From the NCBI GenBank assembly GCA_964016885.1, contig OZ024740.1:149172001-149236000 (forward strand): a DNA stretch of 64,000 nt, given 5' to 3'. A model generated the notes under the pieces. It made no database searches and was not told where the DNA came from. It worked only from the letters and a program-made list of their open reading frames with translations. The first letter of the stretch is position 1, and every line of letters starts with the position of its first letter. Below, one piece after another: positions 38,839 through 52,131 of the stretch. The stretch is from Eledone cirrhosa. Its lineage: Eukaryota. Both the position numbers and the translations under genes were made by a program.

Positions 38839-38883
<45 letters not shown>

Positions 38884-38886
<3 letters not shown>

Positions 38887-39042
38887 ATAATAATAAATTT
38901 GAAGACTAAAATCCAAAGAGGGCTCGATAAGGATAAATATATATCAAATATATAAGAACCGGAGAGCAAAGAGTTTCAGAAGATCCCGTTAATAGTGAAA
39001 GCAGCGATTCTTTACTTAAGCTTTAATCTGTTATTTTAATAA

Positions 39043-39046
<4 letters not shown>
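38884..39046. repeat. Short dispersed repeat embedded in (AT)n (partial copies at ~40272-40363 and ~46028-46110)
   Basis: TAATAAATTTGAAGACTAAAATCCAAAGAGGGCTCGATAAGG... recurs. Confidence 0.75.
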
Positions 39047-39081
<35 letters not shown>

Positions 39082-39084
<3 letters not shown>

Positions 39085-40247
39085 TGGCGGACTGGCCAGG
39101 GTTGCCAGGTTGCCAGGCTGCCCAATGGCAACTGTGCCCCTAGGTGGTCTACAGTAGCACAACAGGGGGCCACAGTATCATTGCAGGAACCCACTGTAGT
39201 ATTGTAGGGACCAATGCTTTGCTTTCAAAAAATATCTTTTAAAAAATGTCTCAGAGAAAAAATAACAAATTTTTTAAAATAGATAAACAAATAAGTAAAG
39301 CCTTTGGTCAAACAATTCTCTAAGGAATTAATAAAAACCAAAATATATGATAGTGTTAACAGTTAGGGTCACTGGTTTACTGTATTCATTCATGATTGCA
39401 TACATACATGGGCACACACACACGTATATATATATATATATATATACTTACACATACACACGAGCTGCCATGAGCTGCTGGCCAAATAATATTTGATATC
39501 AATAGGTTAAAGACATAGGTAAAATCAATTAGTGGTCAGTTCTTCAGTCTAAAGTCTCAAGAGAGAATGAGTCAAATAATTGTTTGTACGTTAGACACAA
39601 GGCCAGCAATTACCCAGTGCATTACTGGTACTTTATTTTATCGATCCCGTAAGGATGAAACGAAAAGTTAACCTTGGCGGGATTTGAACTCCGAATGGCA
39701 AGGGCCGTAACTCTATACGTCAAAGCATGGCGTCCGACCCTCTACCAATACTGCCAATCCACCATGAGTCAAATAATGTTTGTACAAGTTGAAAACATGT
39801 ATGTATATGTATACATACATGTTTTCAACTTGCACAATATAAATCTATATATACACATGTGTACATGTACACACATACACACACTCCCAGATTATTGAGT
39901 GAGTGTGAAAGTCCCTGGATGTGTATACTTTTTATTGGAGAAGGTAAGACAGTATACTATGCAGTACACTATACAATCACAATTATCTAAAAATTCAATT
40001 ATGACATTCTGTATTAACATTTAGTATTACTGTATACTGCCAGTAATATGTACAGTATATATACTATAGTTAGTAAAAATTACACATGTTTTCCCCGCAA
40101 ACATTTGATCGCAATGTTTTGTTTTCACTTATGTATTTTTTGAAAATGTTATTTATTCATTATAAAAACTAAACGATAGCATTCTATATATGGGCGGGCC
40201 CCCTTTATCTCCTGGTAACCAATATTTCTAGACCCAGTCCGCCACTG
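39082..40247. mobile_element. hAT-like non-autonomous DNA transposon containing a nested SINE (~39590-39765, minus strand)
   Basis: 14-bp TIRs CAGTGGCGGACTGG / CCAGTCCGCCACTG; 8-bp flanks TATATATA / TTTATATA. Confidence 0.85.
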
Positions 40248-40382
40248 TTTATATATATATATATATAGTAATAATAGTAATAATAATAAATTTGAAGACT
40301 AAAATCCAAAGAGGGCTCGATAAGGATAAATATATATCAAATATATAAGAACCGTAGAGCAAATATTTATTCTATTATTTTA

Positions 40383-40472
<90 letters not shown>

Positions 40473-40848
40473 AGTTTGAAGTAGATACCAACACTATATT
40501 ATGATTATATATATATATTGGAATAAATATAGCAGTATCCACTTAAGTCATCTGTATCAAGTTATGGATAAGCCTAATGTATTATAATTATTTCCAATGA
40601 TGTCAGTGAAACTACTCCAGCGTGGTGAGATATTGTGTGAGATCAAGATAATTGAAGACACAGGTACTACAGAGCATAATATAAGATTAGGGAAAGATTG
40701 ACCAAAGACATATATATCAAATTAATATTATTTTCGAGAAATATTTCGATTGGTGCAGATAAAAATAGAATTAATTACAATTAACATTAAAAATGATCAT
40801 TAAAATTAATTGCACTATCGATGTAAAGCACAATGGTAATAGATCAAA

Positions 40849-41420
40849 TTATCTGCATAATCTCTTCACCTCGAATGAATGGTCTCTCTGCTGAAATCTA
40901 CAATTGCGGAAGTGAAAATCTATTTTATCGTCTAAGTATCTTAATCCCAAAAGTTTGGGGCTGATGAGAGTGCCTTGCACAACTGGAAAGATGCACTTAT
41001 GGTGGTTTTCTATAAAGGTAAAGTTAGATGGGATATTCCTTCTTTCTTTATGTGGGATCCTACTAGATAGAATCCTCGAAAACATCGCTGATAAAATCCT
41101 TCCTAAATCTCATTGATTTCAGAAATGGTGGGGAGACAACAGACACTTTGCTCTGAGACATTTGCAGGAGAAATGTATTGAGCAGAGAATGAACTTGTTT
41201 CAGGTGATTGTTGATCTGAAAAAATGTTTTTTGTTTTGATAGAGACAATAAAATTTCTCCGTGGAAAATTCTAAAGAAACTCGCGTTTCTTGATAAACTT
41301 GTCTCTGTGCTGAGAAGTTTTCATGATGGAATGAAGGCAAATTCATAGCTGAAGGTATTCAAAGTGTTTATTTGTAAACATACTGTATATCGCTAGATAT
41401 ACAAAATACTCATACTTATA
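40849..41420 (-). pseudogene. Possible highly decayed PLE-type RT fragment
   Basis: Minus-strand remnants in correct order but different frames: SDI/SMFTN, KTFFQINNHLKQ, LRYLDD. Confidence 0.4.
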
Positions 41421-41466
41421 TGTATACAGCTATGTTGGAGCTAACACCTTAATTATAATAATAATA

Positions 41467-41546
<80 letters not shown>

Positions 41547-41555
41547 AGAGAGAGA

Positions 41556-44120
41556 GATTGTAGTTGCGCGTAGTCCCTGGTAGTACTAACTAAGTGAAGG
41601 TTGAGGGGTAAGCTAGACATGAGGTGGCAGGAATGAGCTATAGGAGGAGGGAGAACGAAGGAGGATAGAAGAAGAAAGGAATAATAGTTGGAACGAATGA
41701 TCGAGGTAAAACTTGTTAAAATGGTAAACGTTTTGTGTTTTATTTTTTATTGTCCGTGGAGATAAAATAAAAGGATTAAAGAGAATGAAAGATAATGAAA
41801 TTGAATGGTAAATACAGAAAACGTATTACAAATGAAGATTAAAAGTATTAGAGGGTGGTATTGTGACTAGGATCAGAATAGTGATGGTGCCCACATACTG
41901 CGGACAGAGAGTCGCGAGTGTCCGAGTGACCCAGGTTCCGCTTTCCGTGGAGATCGCTTGGCTGATGGCAGCCGTCTTCGCTGATGTCGAGGAGTCAACA
42001 ATAATCCTAGATCTCATGTGTATAAGACAGGAAAAGTATTCAGGCTCGGGGATGGAGCTAATTATCCAATCAAACCATGAAAGCATCGAGGTCATCCCCG
42101 ATGTGATCGACCTGGACGAAGGCAGCCATCTACCCGTGACTGTCGAAGGTAGGCGCCCAAGGTGTCACGGGTGCGGAGACAAAACGCACCTTAAAACCTT
42201 CTGTCCCAAACTCACCGTGACGGGAACACATCCCCCCTACTACTTACCGCGTTCCTCGCGATTGGGGTGGCCAAACCACCCAAGGCCGCAGTGGCAGAAA
42301 AATTACCAGCACCGACAACAAAAACACAATCTACTCCACCACCAACAGCGCCAACAAGACCAATGGAGAGCATGCCCCTTCCCGATATCGCTAAATCGGA
42401 CACGGAGTGTGATGACACAGACGGGTGGAAAACCATCGCAGCGAAAAAAAAAAGAAAGAACTCCTTACCTTTGCCCTCCAAAAGAAAAGAGGAGGAAAAA
42501 AAATGAAAAAGTCAACGACCCCACCGCCATCACCATCAACAGCCACACACCCACAACCACCGACCCCCCCCCCCTATCATTAACATCTACTTCATCGTCA
42601 CGTCCAGCAACACCACAGCAAACACAGAAAGCACCAACATCGCAAAAGCAGACACAATACACACCTATAGACACAGACAACAAAGTTTTTAAATTACATT
42701 CAACACCACACCAACATCACAGAAACAAATTACATACAAATCACCAAAATTGCACCTCAAACACACATAAAAATAATTGAAATCTCACAAACGAATTACA
42801 CAACATTAAAGAGACTATTGAGGGGCCCTTTTGAAAAGAATATGCTCTGACGTTCTCGTGGAAAATTCACCACTGGTCGGAGGGATGGATCACCCACGCA
42901 CTTCCTAAAAAAAAAGCCAAAGGTAAAGTGTTTTTACTATTACCTCTCAATTGTTTACCTCCTATCTTAGCCAACATGGCTTCTTTTAGAATAGGCAGTA
43001 TAAATGCACGTGGCCAGGAGTCGCCTTGGAAGCAGGGTCACCAGCTCAACGATCACAGGTCGCTAAACATAGATGTGGTGGCCATCAGCGACCCAGAATC
43101 TCCGAGGCACGGGCATTCGCACCCATTTTCGGCGGCTATAAGGTGTACACATCTCCAAGCCGTCCCGGATCTGGGGTAGGAGTGGCTGTGTTGTTCCGGA
43201 GAAGTCTGGATCCCGAGATACGGGCCGTCTTCTTGGACCCAGATGGTAAGTTGGTGGTGCTGGACGTGACCAGTGGAGAAGGGCAAGCTTTCAGGCTAGT
43301 GGCCGTCTATGCCCCGACAAAGGTAGGACGGCCTGACCTCTTCCAGCGATTGGAGACCTTTCTTGGAACGTCCCGCTCTTTAGTGTTAGTGGGCGACTGG
43401 AACGGGATCTTAGATGCACGTAGAAACTGTGTGGGAATAGTGGATAGGGGAGGAGGATGTAAAAGCCTCGCAAACCTGCTCAAACGTTTTCAACTGTCTG
43501 ATAGGTACCGCCTGGATTTCCCGAATGTACTAATGTGGACATGGACAAACCACATCGGGTCATCCAGATCGTATCTAGATAGAGTATTTTGTAGGAAAAT
43601 AGATAGGTCTAGCATAGGCTGTCCACAATTCAAGATAGTCGACTACATGGACCACAAATTCGTGATCTGTGTGGTCGACTTAGATAGGCGTCATAGACGG
43701 AGACCCGGCTACTAGAAGCTGAACACGTCGTTGACAACGCGCAAAGCTTTACAGAGACTGAATTAATGAACTAGTTAAGCGGGTGTTGACGGTGGCAGTC
43801 ATCAACAACAAATGGTAGTTCGCCCTAAAATGGGCAATTAGAATAGAGTCCATTAGGTTTAGTAAGGCGTTAGCTATAGAGAAAAATAGAGCAAAAGGAG
43901 AACTGGTTAGAAACTAGACGAGGCGCTTAGTAAAGGTATCGTGTCGTGGCAAAAAAGCCAAGATCCATTCTTTGGAGGACCACGACCGGCGCATGTTACT
44001 CGATCCCAGGCAAATGTGTGCGGCCTTTCAGCAACACATCGCTCAGCTGTTCGGGGAAAGCAGGATGGACTTTAGTGTCTATCTCGTCGGTCTGCCGCGG
44101 CTCTCGGCCACTGAAGCTTG
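41556..44120 (+). mobile_element. Tx1-clade LINE 5' portion: ORF1 (CCHC knuckle) + ORF2 APE endonuclease, decayed, 3'-truncated
   Basis: VTVEGRRPRCHGCGDKTHLKTFCP (41863-42780); MASFRIGSINARG, GVAVL, VAVYAP, VGDWN, WTW, SYLDR, DHK (42976-43715); stops downstream. Confidence 0.9.
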
Positions 44121-45127
44121 AGTTTCATATAGCCTCTCATAACCGAAACCCAGCTCCTAGCCTTGCCGTGTCGGAGATGTTTAGAACTGATATAAAGGTG
44201 AATTACTGGCGTTTAAGACTAGTTTCTCCGTTTAGACAGAAGTCGTCAGATTTGGATAGTAGTCTGTTTAGGAAAAGGGTAACACTGACAACCAATCTGT
44301 TCACGGGATGTCAGAAATCCCCTCTACTGGTGCCAGAGTGTGCAGTGAGAACACAGAGAGTGAAGGATCCCAAGCTGTTGTTATGTCGTTCTCCTAAGAG
44401 AGGGGAAACACTGAAGTGAAACTTGCAGTTTACGTGATTACTGTCATCATGATTAAGCCTGTCATCAGACAATAATCACTGAGATTTAGAGAGTGGCATA
44501 TGTCTTGTACAAGCATTTGTCACTATAATCTAATGATGTACAGATGTCACTTTTGCGATCTTCTCATGTGTCTTTCTATTTGTCCCTCTATTGCAGATCA
44601 GGACTGAATTATTGGCACCATATAGACATTAGGCTGGTTGCTGCAGCTATTGATGTGGCACGCCAGTTTGCACCAATAAAATACTACCACTACTTTAGTT
44701 CTGTCACGTCCGGAGACGTAATATTGACAGGTGAAAGCACAGTTCACTAATCACCTATAATATAATATAAGATAAGATAATATAATATAATAAATATGGT
44801 AATTTAAAACTTTTTTATGCATTTTTATACACGCGAAATATGACAGAAAAAATGAAGACGGTATCGCTTGCGGTAAACGAACATCGAATATTGCTGTATA
44901 TATGTATTATGCAATCTTACTTAACGGTCCAACCGCTCACACACATGAACACACAAACACTCTCTTTTTCTTCTCTTCTCTTTCTTCTTCCACTTATTCC
45001 TGAGAGGGTTGTGAAGGCAGAGTCCTCAAACACACCATCCAGTGGTTTTGTCAGAAGCAACCTTCTCCAACTGATCCGGCTGGATTCCCAAGCGAGACAA
45101 GCCAAGCTCTATGATGTTATCTAGAGA

Positions 45128-46006
45128 AAACCTTGTTTTTAGTAACAAGACAGCTCCTTTCGTTTCATATCATTTTGTATTTACCGCTGTGACCCTACCT
45201 GCTTTGGTCGATCTGTGTTCCCTTCACACTTTCGCATCAATCCTCCCTTCTCTCTTCCCTTCTCCTCCTCACTCTCGTTTTTTTTCTCTTTCCCCCTCTC
45301 TCTCTCTATTCATCTGTTCGGTTTTGATTGTTGACATGTTTACACGTGCCGTGGTGGCCTCTCTGTCCGCAATCTTTGCAGCACGTTTTTACCACCGTCG
45401 TAAAAAAAACCCTTCTGGATTATCTCCCTTTCCCTTCTCCTCCTCACTTTTGGTTGCCCGTGTCTCTCTCTCTCTCTCACTTTCTCCTGTCTATGTGAGA
45501 GGCAGCACGATTATACCAGCTCTGAGTCGTAGCTGACCACCAGGCTAAAGTCTCCCAGGTTGGCCACAACTTACTTTCCCTATTTTTCCACGGTTACTCT
45601 TTTGCATGTTTCTTTCACTTGTGTCTTCCCACGATGGGACCTGTACACTTTTTTTTCTCTTATTCCTTTCCTATTTTTTCCCCTTTTCCCTTCCCCGTTT
45701 CTTCCTCTCTCCTCAACCCCCCCCCTTCTTCCTCCTTTCCCTCTCTTTCCTTTTCTCTCTCCTCTTTTTCTCCCTTTTTTTCTCACTTTCTCTATCCTTT
45801 CCCACCTGGCCTTTTGATTAATAAAAGGCCTCGGGCGCACCCGAACTACACCGGTGTCCTGTAATACAGCGCAGAAACATCGGATCGGGAAACATTTACA
45901 GCTGACGATGGAAACTCCTTTCTTTCTTTCTCCTCCTCTTCCGCCCTAACCACCATCCTAAACCTTGTTTTTAGTAACCACACAGCTCCTTTCGTTTCAT
46001 ATCATT
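45128..46006 (+). repeat. Unclassified ~832-bp unit bounded by 47-bp direct repeats
   Basis: AAACCTTGTTTTTAGTAAC(AAG/CAC)ACAGCTCCTTTCGTTTCATATCATT at 45128 and 45960. Confidence 0.65.
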
Positions 46007-46134
46007 ATATATATATATATATATATATAATAATAAATTTGAAGAGGGCTCAATAATGGTGAAAGCAGCGATTTTTTTTTATTAAACTTTAATCTGTTAT
46101 TTTAATAAATATATATATATATGTATATAAATAC

Positions 46135-46215
<81 letters not shown>

Positions 46216-46261
46216 ATCAATATATTCATAAATGGAAACTATATTTATAAAACCATATTTA

Positions 46262-46323
46262 TTTTATTATACATATTTCAAGGGCCACCAAGGCAAATTA
46301 TGCTGCGCTTTCATCAGATAAAA
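46262..46323 (-). ncRNA. Minimal type I hammerhead (family A), left arm of 46217-46445 palindrome
   Basis: UUUUAU-CUGAUGA-AAGCGCAGCAU...UUGGUGGCCCUU-GAA-AUAUGUAU-A-AUAAAA. Confidence 0.75.
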
Positions 46324-46338
46324 TACAATACAGATTTG

Positions 46339-46400
46339 TTTTATCTGATGAAAGCGCACCATGATTTGCTATGGTGGCCCTTGAAATATGTATAATAAAA
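46339..46400 (+). ncRNA. Minimal type I hammerhead (family A), right arm
   Basis: UUUUAU-CUGAUGA-AAGCGCACCAU(GAUUUGCU)AUGGUGGCCCUU-GAA-AUAUGUAU-A-AUAAAA. Confidence 0.82.
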
Positions 46401-46553
46401 TAAATATGGTTTTATAAATATAGTTTCCATTTGTTAATATATTGTATATTTACTCCACTTATCTGTTGAGTGCTTTATATCAGTTATAAAAATGTTTAAG
46501 CTTGTTGAATCCCAACAAATTAAATATAACCTCTGCATATATATATGTATATA

Positions 46554-46644
<91 letters not shown>

Positions 46645-47035
46645 GTACCTGACAGATACCTCAGGCACAGAAAGTGATTATCGCTAAATGCTGATGTTGG
46701 TTAGATTAGCAATATTAGTGTTATTAGGGCACCCACTGGTGAATTATAGGAGCCCACTTGAATATATATCTATTGATGGTATACAAGCTCCTACATAAAT
46801 TGGTATAATTTCACCCAAATTGTAAGAGTCCTATAATGAAACGAGACGTCCGTCTGGGAAGAGATATATTAGATATATCTCATGAAATAATACAGCCAAT
46901 TTTCCACGCAATACTTTAAGTTAGCACCCCGAACGCTTAATTGGGAATATAATCATTTAATTCCTTATGTTTGTTGAGTGAGTTGGAATTTGGCCGGAGT
47001 ATCGCTAAAAAGCTTTCTCCGATATTGTATTTATA

Positions 47036-47131
<96 letters not shown>

Positions 47132-47267
47132 GTGTAGATAAATCTACCAAGAGTTTACGGTAGTGTCCAATCCGTATGAAGAACTCAATGTAATCCGGAT
47201 ATCATGGAAAGAAGAGATGCAATGAAAAATCACTTTCGGTGAAAGATAAACGGAATACAGAGTCAAG

Positions 47268-47657
47268 ATAAAATATTAAAAAAATAATGAATAAAACAAT
47301 GAAACAGTTCCTTATATTAAACAAAAAAAGTTCATTATTTAACGATCGTTTCTGGGATATATATGTGTTAGAATTGGCATGTATATTTAACAGATCTATG
47401 TACAAAATTATACAAAATTATACAATTATACAATTATACAAAATTATTTCTGAAGACGGCATATATATGAGTTGGTATGTATATTTAATTTTGATAGTTT
47501 GTATAATTTTGTATAATTTTGTACATAGATCTGTTAAATATACATGCCAATTCTAACACGTATATATCCCAGAAACGATCGTTAAATAATGAACTTTTTT
47601 TGTTTAATATAAGGAACTGTTTCATTGTTTTATTCATTATTTTTTTAATATTTTATT
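47268..47657. repeat. ~155-bp inverted repeat (probable PLE 3' remnant fold-back)
   Basis: 47268-47425 is the reverse complement of 47500-47657; the spacer has an orphan CTGAAGA. Confidence 0.75.
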
Positions 47658-47671
47658 TTTTTTTTATATTT

Positions 47672-47735
<64 letters not shown>

Positions 47736-50407
47736 TCGATTCCGATGCATGAGTGTCCACGTGTTCTGTCAGAGAAGCTGGGCTCTAATTGATATTGTCA
47801 TTTGTGAATTCGGAGATAAAGAAGTGAAACACAAATGTATTGGCGTGGAACTTACCTTAGGAAATAAACACTGGAGTGAATTAAGAAATGTATAGCAAAA
47901 AGTACTCGAAAATGGGACCAATCAGAAATTCGAAAATATATACATTAAAATATCACCAGTTATTTTGATATGGAAACATAGTATACATTTCTTTCACAAA
48001 ACTTTGCTTTAACAACTGGTAATTATTTCGTAACTAGATATATCAGAGGGAACATTGTAACTGAATAACGACTTTTAATAAATACTCGTTCACTAAGAAA
48101 CGGAAGAAACGAAAATAGAAATATCTAATTATCAATATTAATATATCTGCTTAGAAGCTATGTAAATAAGTAAATATATTTTCAATTATTTCTAAGCAAG
48201 TTTGATAGTTTTCTGATATTTCCACTATTACGGACGCCAGACATTGGAAATATTTTGGTATTTAAGTGTTATGAGCTTAATAATATATCTGGTGATAGCA
48301 CTGAGAAGAATGAGTGTGCATTTTGTCTTAAGGATGTGAGAATATTGGTAATGATAAGAAAGTTATAATAACCTTTAGGCGGTAAATGATATTAGATTTT
48401 AGTGATTACTTTTCATTTTGGAAGTTCGGAGGAAATGAAACTGTGGGATATGTTTCTGATTTATAATAATGTGTCAAAGCTACTGGTGTTTGGTAATTAA
48501 AATCTGGTAAGCTGGTTCTGTCGATCGATTTCGAATCTCTGCCACTGTTATTTAGTTTCCGTTACAAATTTAACGCACTGAGAAAAGATATGTAAATTTC
48601 AAAAACGCACATCTTTTTGTATATTAAGCTTAAAGTTAATATATGTATAATTTCATTTTTGATTCGCATGCAAACGCATTTCCGTCAATAAACCATACAA
48701 CTACACCTACTGATTTCATTTGCCTTCGTAGTCTACATTGTATATGAATTTTGTGTAGTAATATAATTCTTTTAATATTTTCAACGTATAAGTACCAATT
48801 TGAAACAGAAAAAGTCTAGCGGGATCTGAAACACGTAATTATCGCAATGTTGTTAACTCTAAAGTGCATTTGCTAACACACTTTCACACAAATAAGGAAC
48901 TTAAAACTTTTTTCTGTTATAGTTTTAATTATGCTATTTTAATTTCTATAAGATAATCGGTGAGTTACTTAAATTACAGAACAGGCTAAACTCTATACAT
49001 ACACATCTTAGATTATATACACTTCCTAGCACATTAAGGTGTCCCACCAATTGTTTAGAATGAGAAATAAATTGTGATTGATTTAACAAATACAATGTTC
49101 AGCTGGACATTATAAGCACCAATTTGATATAGAAAAAGGCGTATTGACTGAACTCGAAACACGTATCTGTCTCTTGCCGGGCATCTGTGTTACCTGAGTC
49201 ACGTCAGTGGATGTGTTTGTCCTTTTGGGTGATTATAATGTCACTCAAATAAGATTATCTGGTTATTTGTTTGATGAGAAGAATTTAATATAGAATATTC
49301 TATTTAATTTGTAGATTTGCAAATACATATTATTCGCGTTTAACACTACCTCATTTATTTACACACGCTAAGGGTTTATTCAGCAAACTACCGAATAAAT
49401 TCATAAAGAGTATTAATAATGGTCAAAGGAATTTGCTAAAGATATGCTTCATATAATAGTCAAAATATAACAAAGTAAAGCTGAAAATTCACACTCACTC
49501 AGGACGTAATATAATGTTACAAATATTTAGTTTATGAAATATCCAGTTTTCGATAATATATTTTATTATTTCCTTTATTCCCTGCTCCAAATTCCCCCAC
49601 CCACAACAAAAAGAAGCTAGGTAAAGAAGAGTTCGGATAAAATGTATTTATGGTATCCACGGAGATCATCTATAGTGTTTGGTAATGGCAGTTTAAAAAG
49701 TATTATTAAACGAAAAACATTAATGTCCCCGGTAAAATATATTGTTATATTGCATTCATATCATGTAACCAATAATACTAAATAATCAAACGATATTTTG
49801 TATAAATATATGTCTTTATTCAATTTTTACCGTTGATATTTGTCATTTAGCGTGTCTTGCGTTATACCTCGTAAACTTGTCACTTACAAATTGCGAGAAA
49901 ATATTTGCATTCACTAAAATTCTTCCCGTTCAGGATACCATAAAACTAGATTTTACGTCTAAAATTAATACGGAAAAATTGTCACTATTTCATCATTATC
50001 CACAACAATCTCAGAAATACAATCTCAACTGTTTAGAATAAAACATTTTTTATCATTACTATCAATTTTTCTCTCATACTTAGTTCACCACCAGGAACAG
50101 TAAGCAGTCGTGCATGTTGAGTGATTGACTGTTTGCATTGAAAGCCTATATGAATATAGGAACAAAAGATGGTAAACTACAAAGAAATGGAAAACCAAGA
50201 AGAAAAAAGTTACTGTAAATAAACATTTGTAAGAAATCAACATGAGCTAATATTTATGTATTTTATGCCTGCCGTTTCTTTATTTTCTCTTCTATTTTGA
50301 GATCTATGAAACGTGATAAAAAACAATGTTTTGTTTTGTATATAATATATAAATATGTATAAATACGTACGTACACATGTCTGTGTATATAAATATACAT
50401 ACACATG

Positions 50408-50449
<42 letters not shown>

Positions 50450-50771
50450 CGTGCATACTGTAAAATGAATTAAAAGAGAAAAAGGAGAGCTCAATGTTAG
50501 CTCGAGGAAATGATAGAATTTTAATATGTATATGTATAGATATATAAATATATGTGTGTGTGTGCGTGTGTCTCTCTCTCTCTCTATATATATATGCATG
50601 TGTTTATTTATGTATATATATATATATATATATGCGTGTGTGTGTGTGTGTGTATATATATATGTGTGTGTGTGTGTGTATCCGAAATGTTATAAAGTAA
50701 AACAACACCGGGACGACTATACAGTACAATGATGATATATATTAGTTTAACGATTGATATAGCAGAAAAGG

Positions 50772-50810
50772 AATCTGAACATTTCGGACAATATTCCTTC
50801 ATCAGATGTT
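50772..50810 (-). ncRNA. Decayed hammerhead-like motif
   Basis: CUGAUGA-A-GGA(AUAUUG)UCC-GAAA is present, but helices I and III do not close cleanly. Confidence 0.4.
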
Positions 50811-52074
50811 AGAATGAGAGATAGAAGAAGAAATAGAAAGATAGGAGAGAATAAGAAAATGCAGAAGCGGAAAAACATTTTTCATAGGAGGAAAACACTT
50901 GTATATTTTGTCAGCCAATTATATATATATACATCTATGTGCGTGTGCGTGAATGTGTCTGTCTGTTGGGTGAGTCAATATGTGTGTCCATGTGTTTGTT
51001 GTGTGAGAGAGAGAAAGAAAGAGAAAGAGATAGAGATAGAGAGAGAAAGAGAGAAAGAAAGAAAGAGACACAGGTACAGAGAGAGAGAGAGATAGAGAGA
51101 GAAAGAGAACAAATATTGAGTTAAGATATCTGATGAACTTGCTCTACATAAAGTGTGTGCATAAAAATAAAGTCTAGCTGTCTGGATATGCCGAGTGGGA
51201 AAATGTTACATCAACTGAGAATATTCCCGCAACCGTAATCCCCTTTCTTCTTTCTTCTGGGGGAGTTAGAGGCGCCTTATTGATATAAGGCGTTTCATGG
51301 GCATTTTCAAACTTGGCGGAGCCCATCTTTTCTCCAGGTTGAATACAGCCGATTTCTTCCAAAGAAGGATAGAGAGCGAGAGAATGGAAATGAGAAAGAG
51401 ATATAGAGGGTGAATCGACTCCTGTACTAGACTGATCCTAGTAATTATATAATTATAAGTGTGAAGAGCAAATAGACAAGAAATGCCTAACTTTTCCTCT
51501 AACTCCCGACTGCGCAGTTTCACAGACTGGCTTACAGCTAAAGTGCAGTTAAAATGCACTCAAGCTGTGAGGTTGATGGCTTGTCAAGCGTCTCTCTCGG
51601 TCTAAAGAACAAATTCCCCGAACTAACCGCTACCAGTGGAATTTTTCGAAAGGGAAAATTATCACAAGGTTTTACGGTCAATACAGATGGGTAGTGAAAG
51701 GGCAAACTGTTGGCGAGTAATAGAGTTGCTAGAAGATGCAATCTATTTCAGCCTAGTTTGTTACTCAACCATAAGAGAGTTAGGAGAAATTATAGAAGAT
51801 ACACATACATATAGATATATATGTATAAACATTTTACCAGTTTGGATCGATGAATGAATGAATTAAGTATATAATCAATGAATCAGAGCTATATAAAAGT
51901 ATAAGTGTGAAGAGCAAATAGACAAAAATACCTAAATAAATATATATATAAAATCTATTTGTAGAAACTTTGTAGGAGTTACGAATTTGAAAGTTATGTT
52001 AACTTAGAATTAATGGTTATAACGTACATTTTCAACTACGAAATATAGTCTCAACTAGACATATACACACATAA

Positions 52075-52131
<57 letters not shown>

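Larger units (their letters stand above)
33027..38848. mobile_element. Retrozyme-like tandem array: 485-bp units, ~10.1 on minus strand then ~1.9 inverted, each with a type I hammerhead
   Basis: The ORF track repeats every 485 bp (one unit 487); inversion at 37929-37934; both ends fuse into (AT)n; every unit has an HHR core. Confidence 0.92.

Noticed and set aside
33027-38848. CRISPR array or multicopy protein-coding gene cluster
   Set aside because: The units are identical with no unique spacers, no cas genes are present, the context is eukaryotic, and the ORF has no recognisable domain.
49135-49212. tRNA-like sequence on the minus strand
   Set aside because: The cloverleaf cannot be closed; at best an old SINE head (a related relic lies near 48790-48880).
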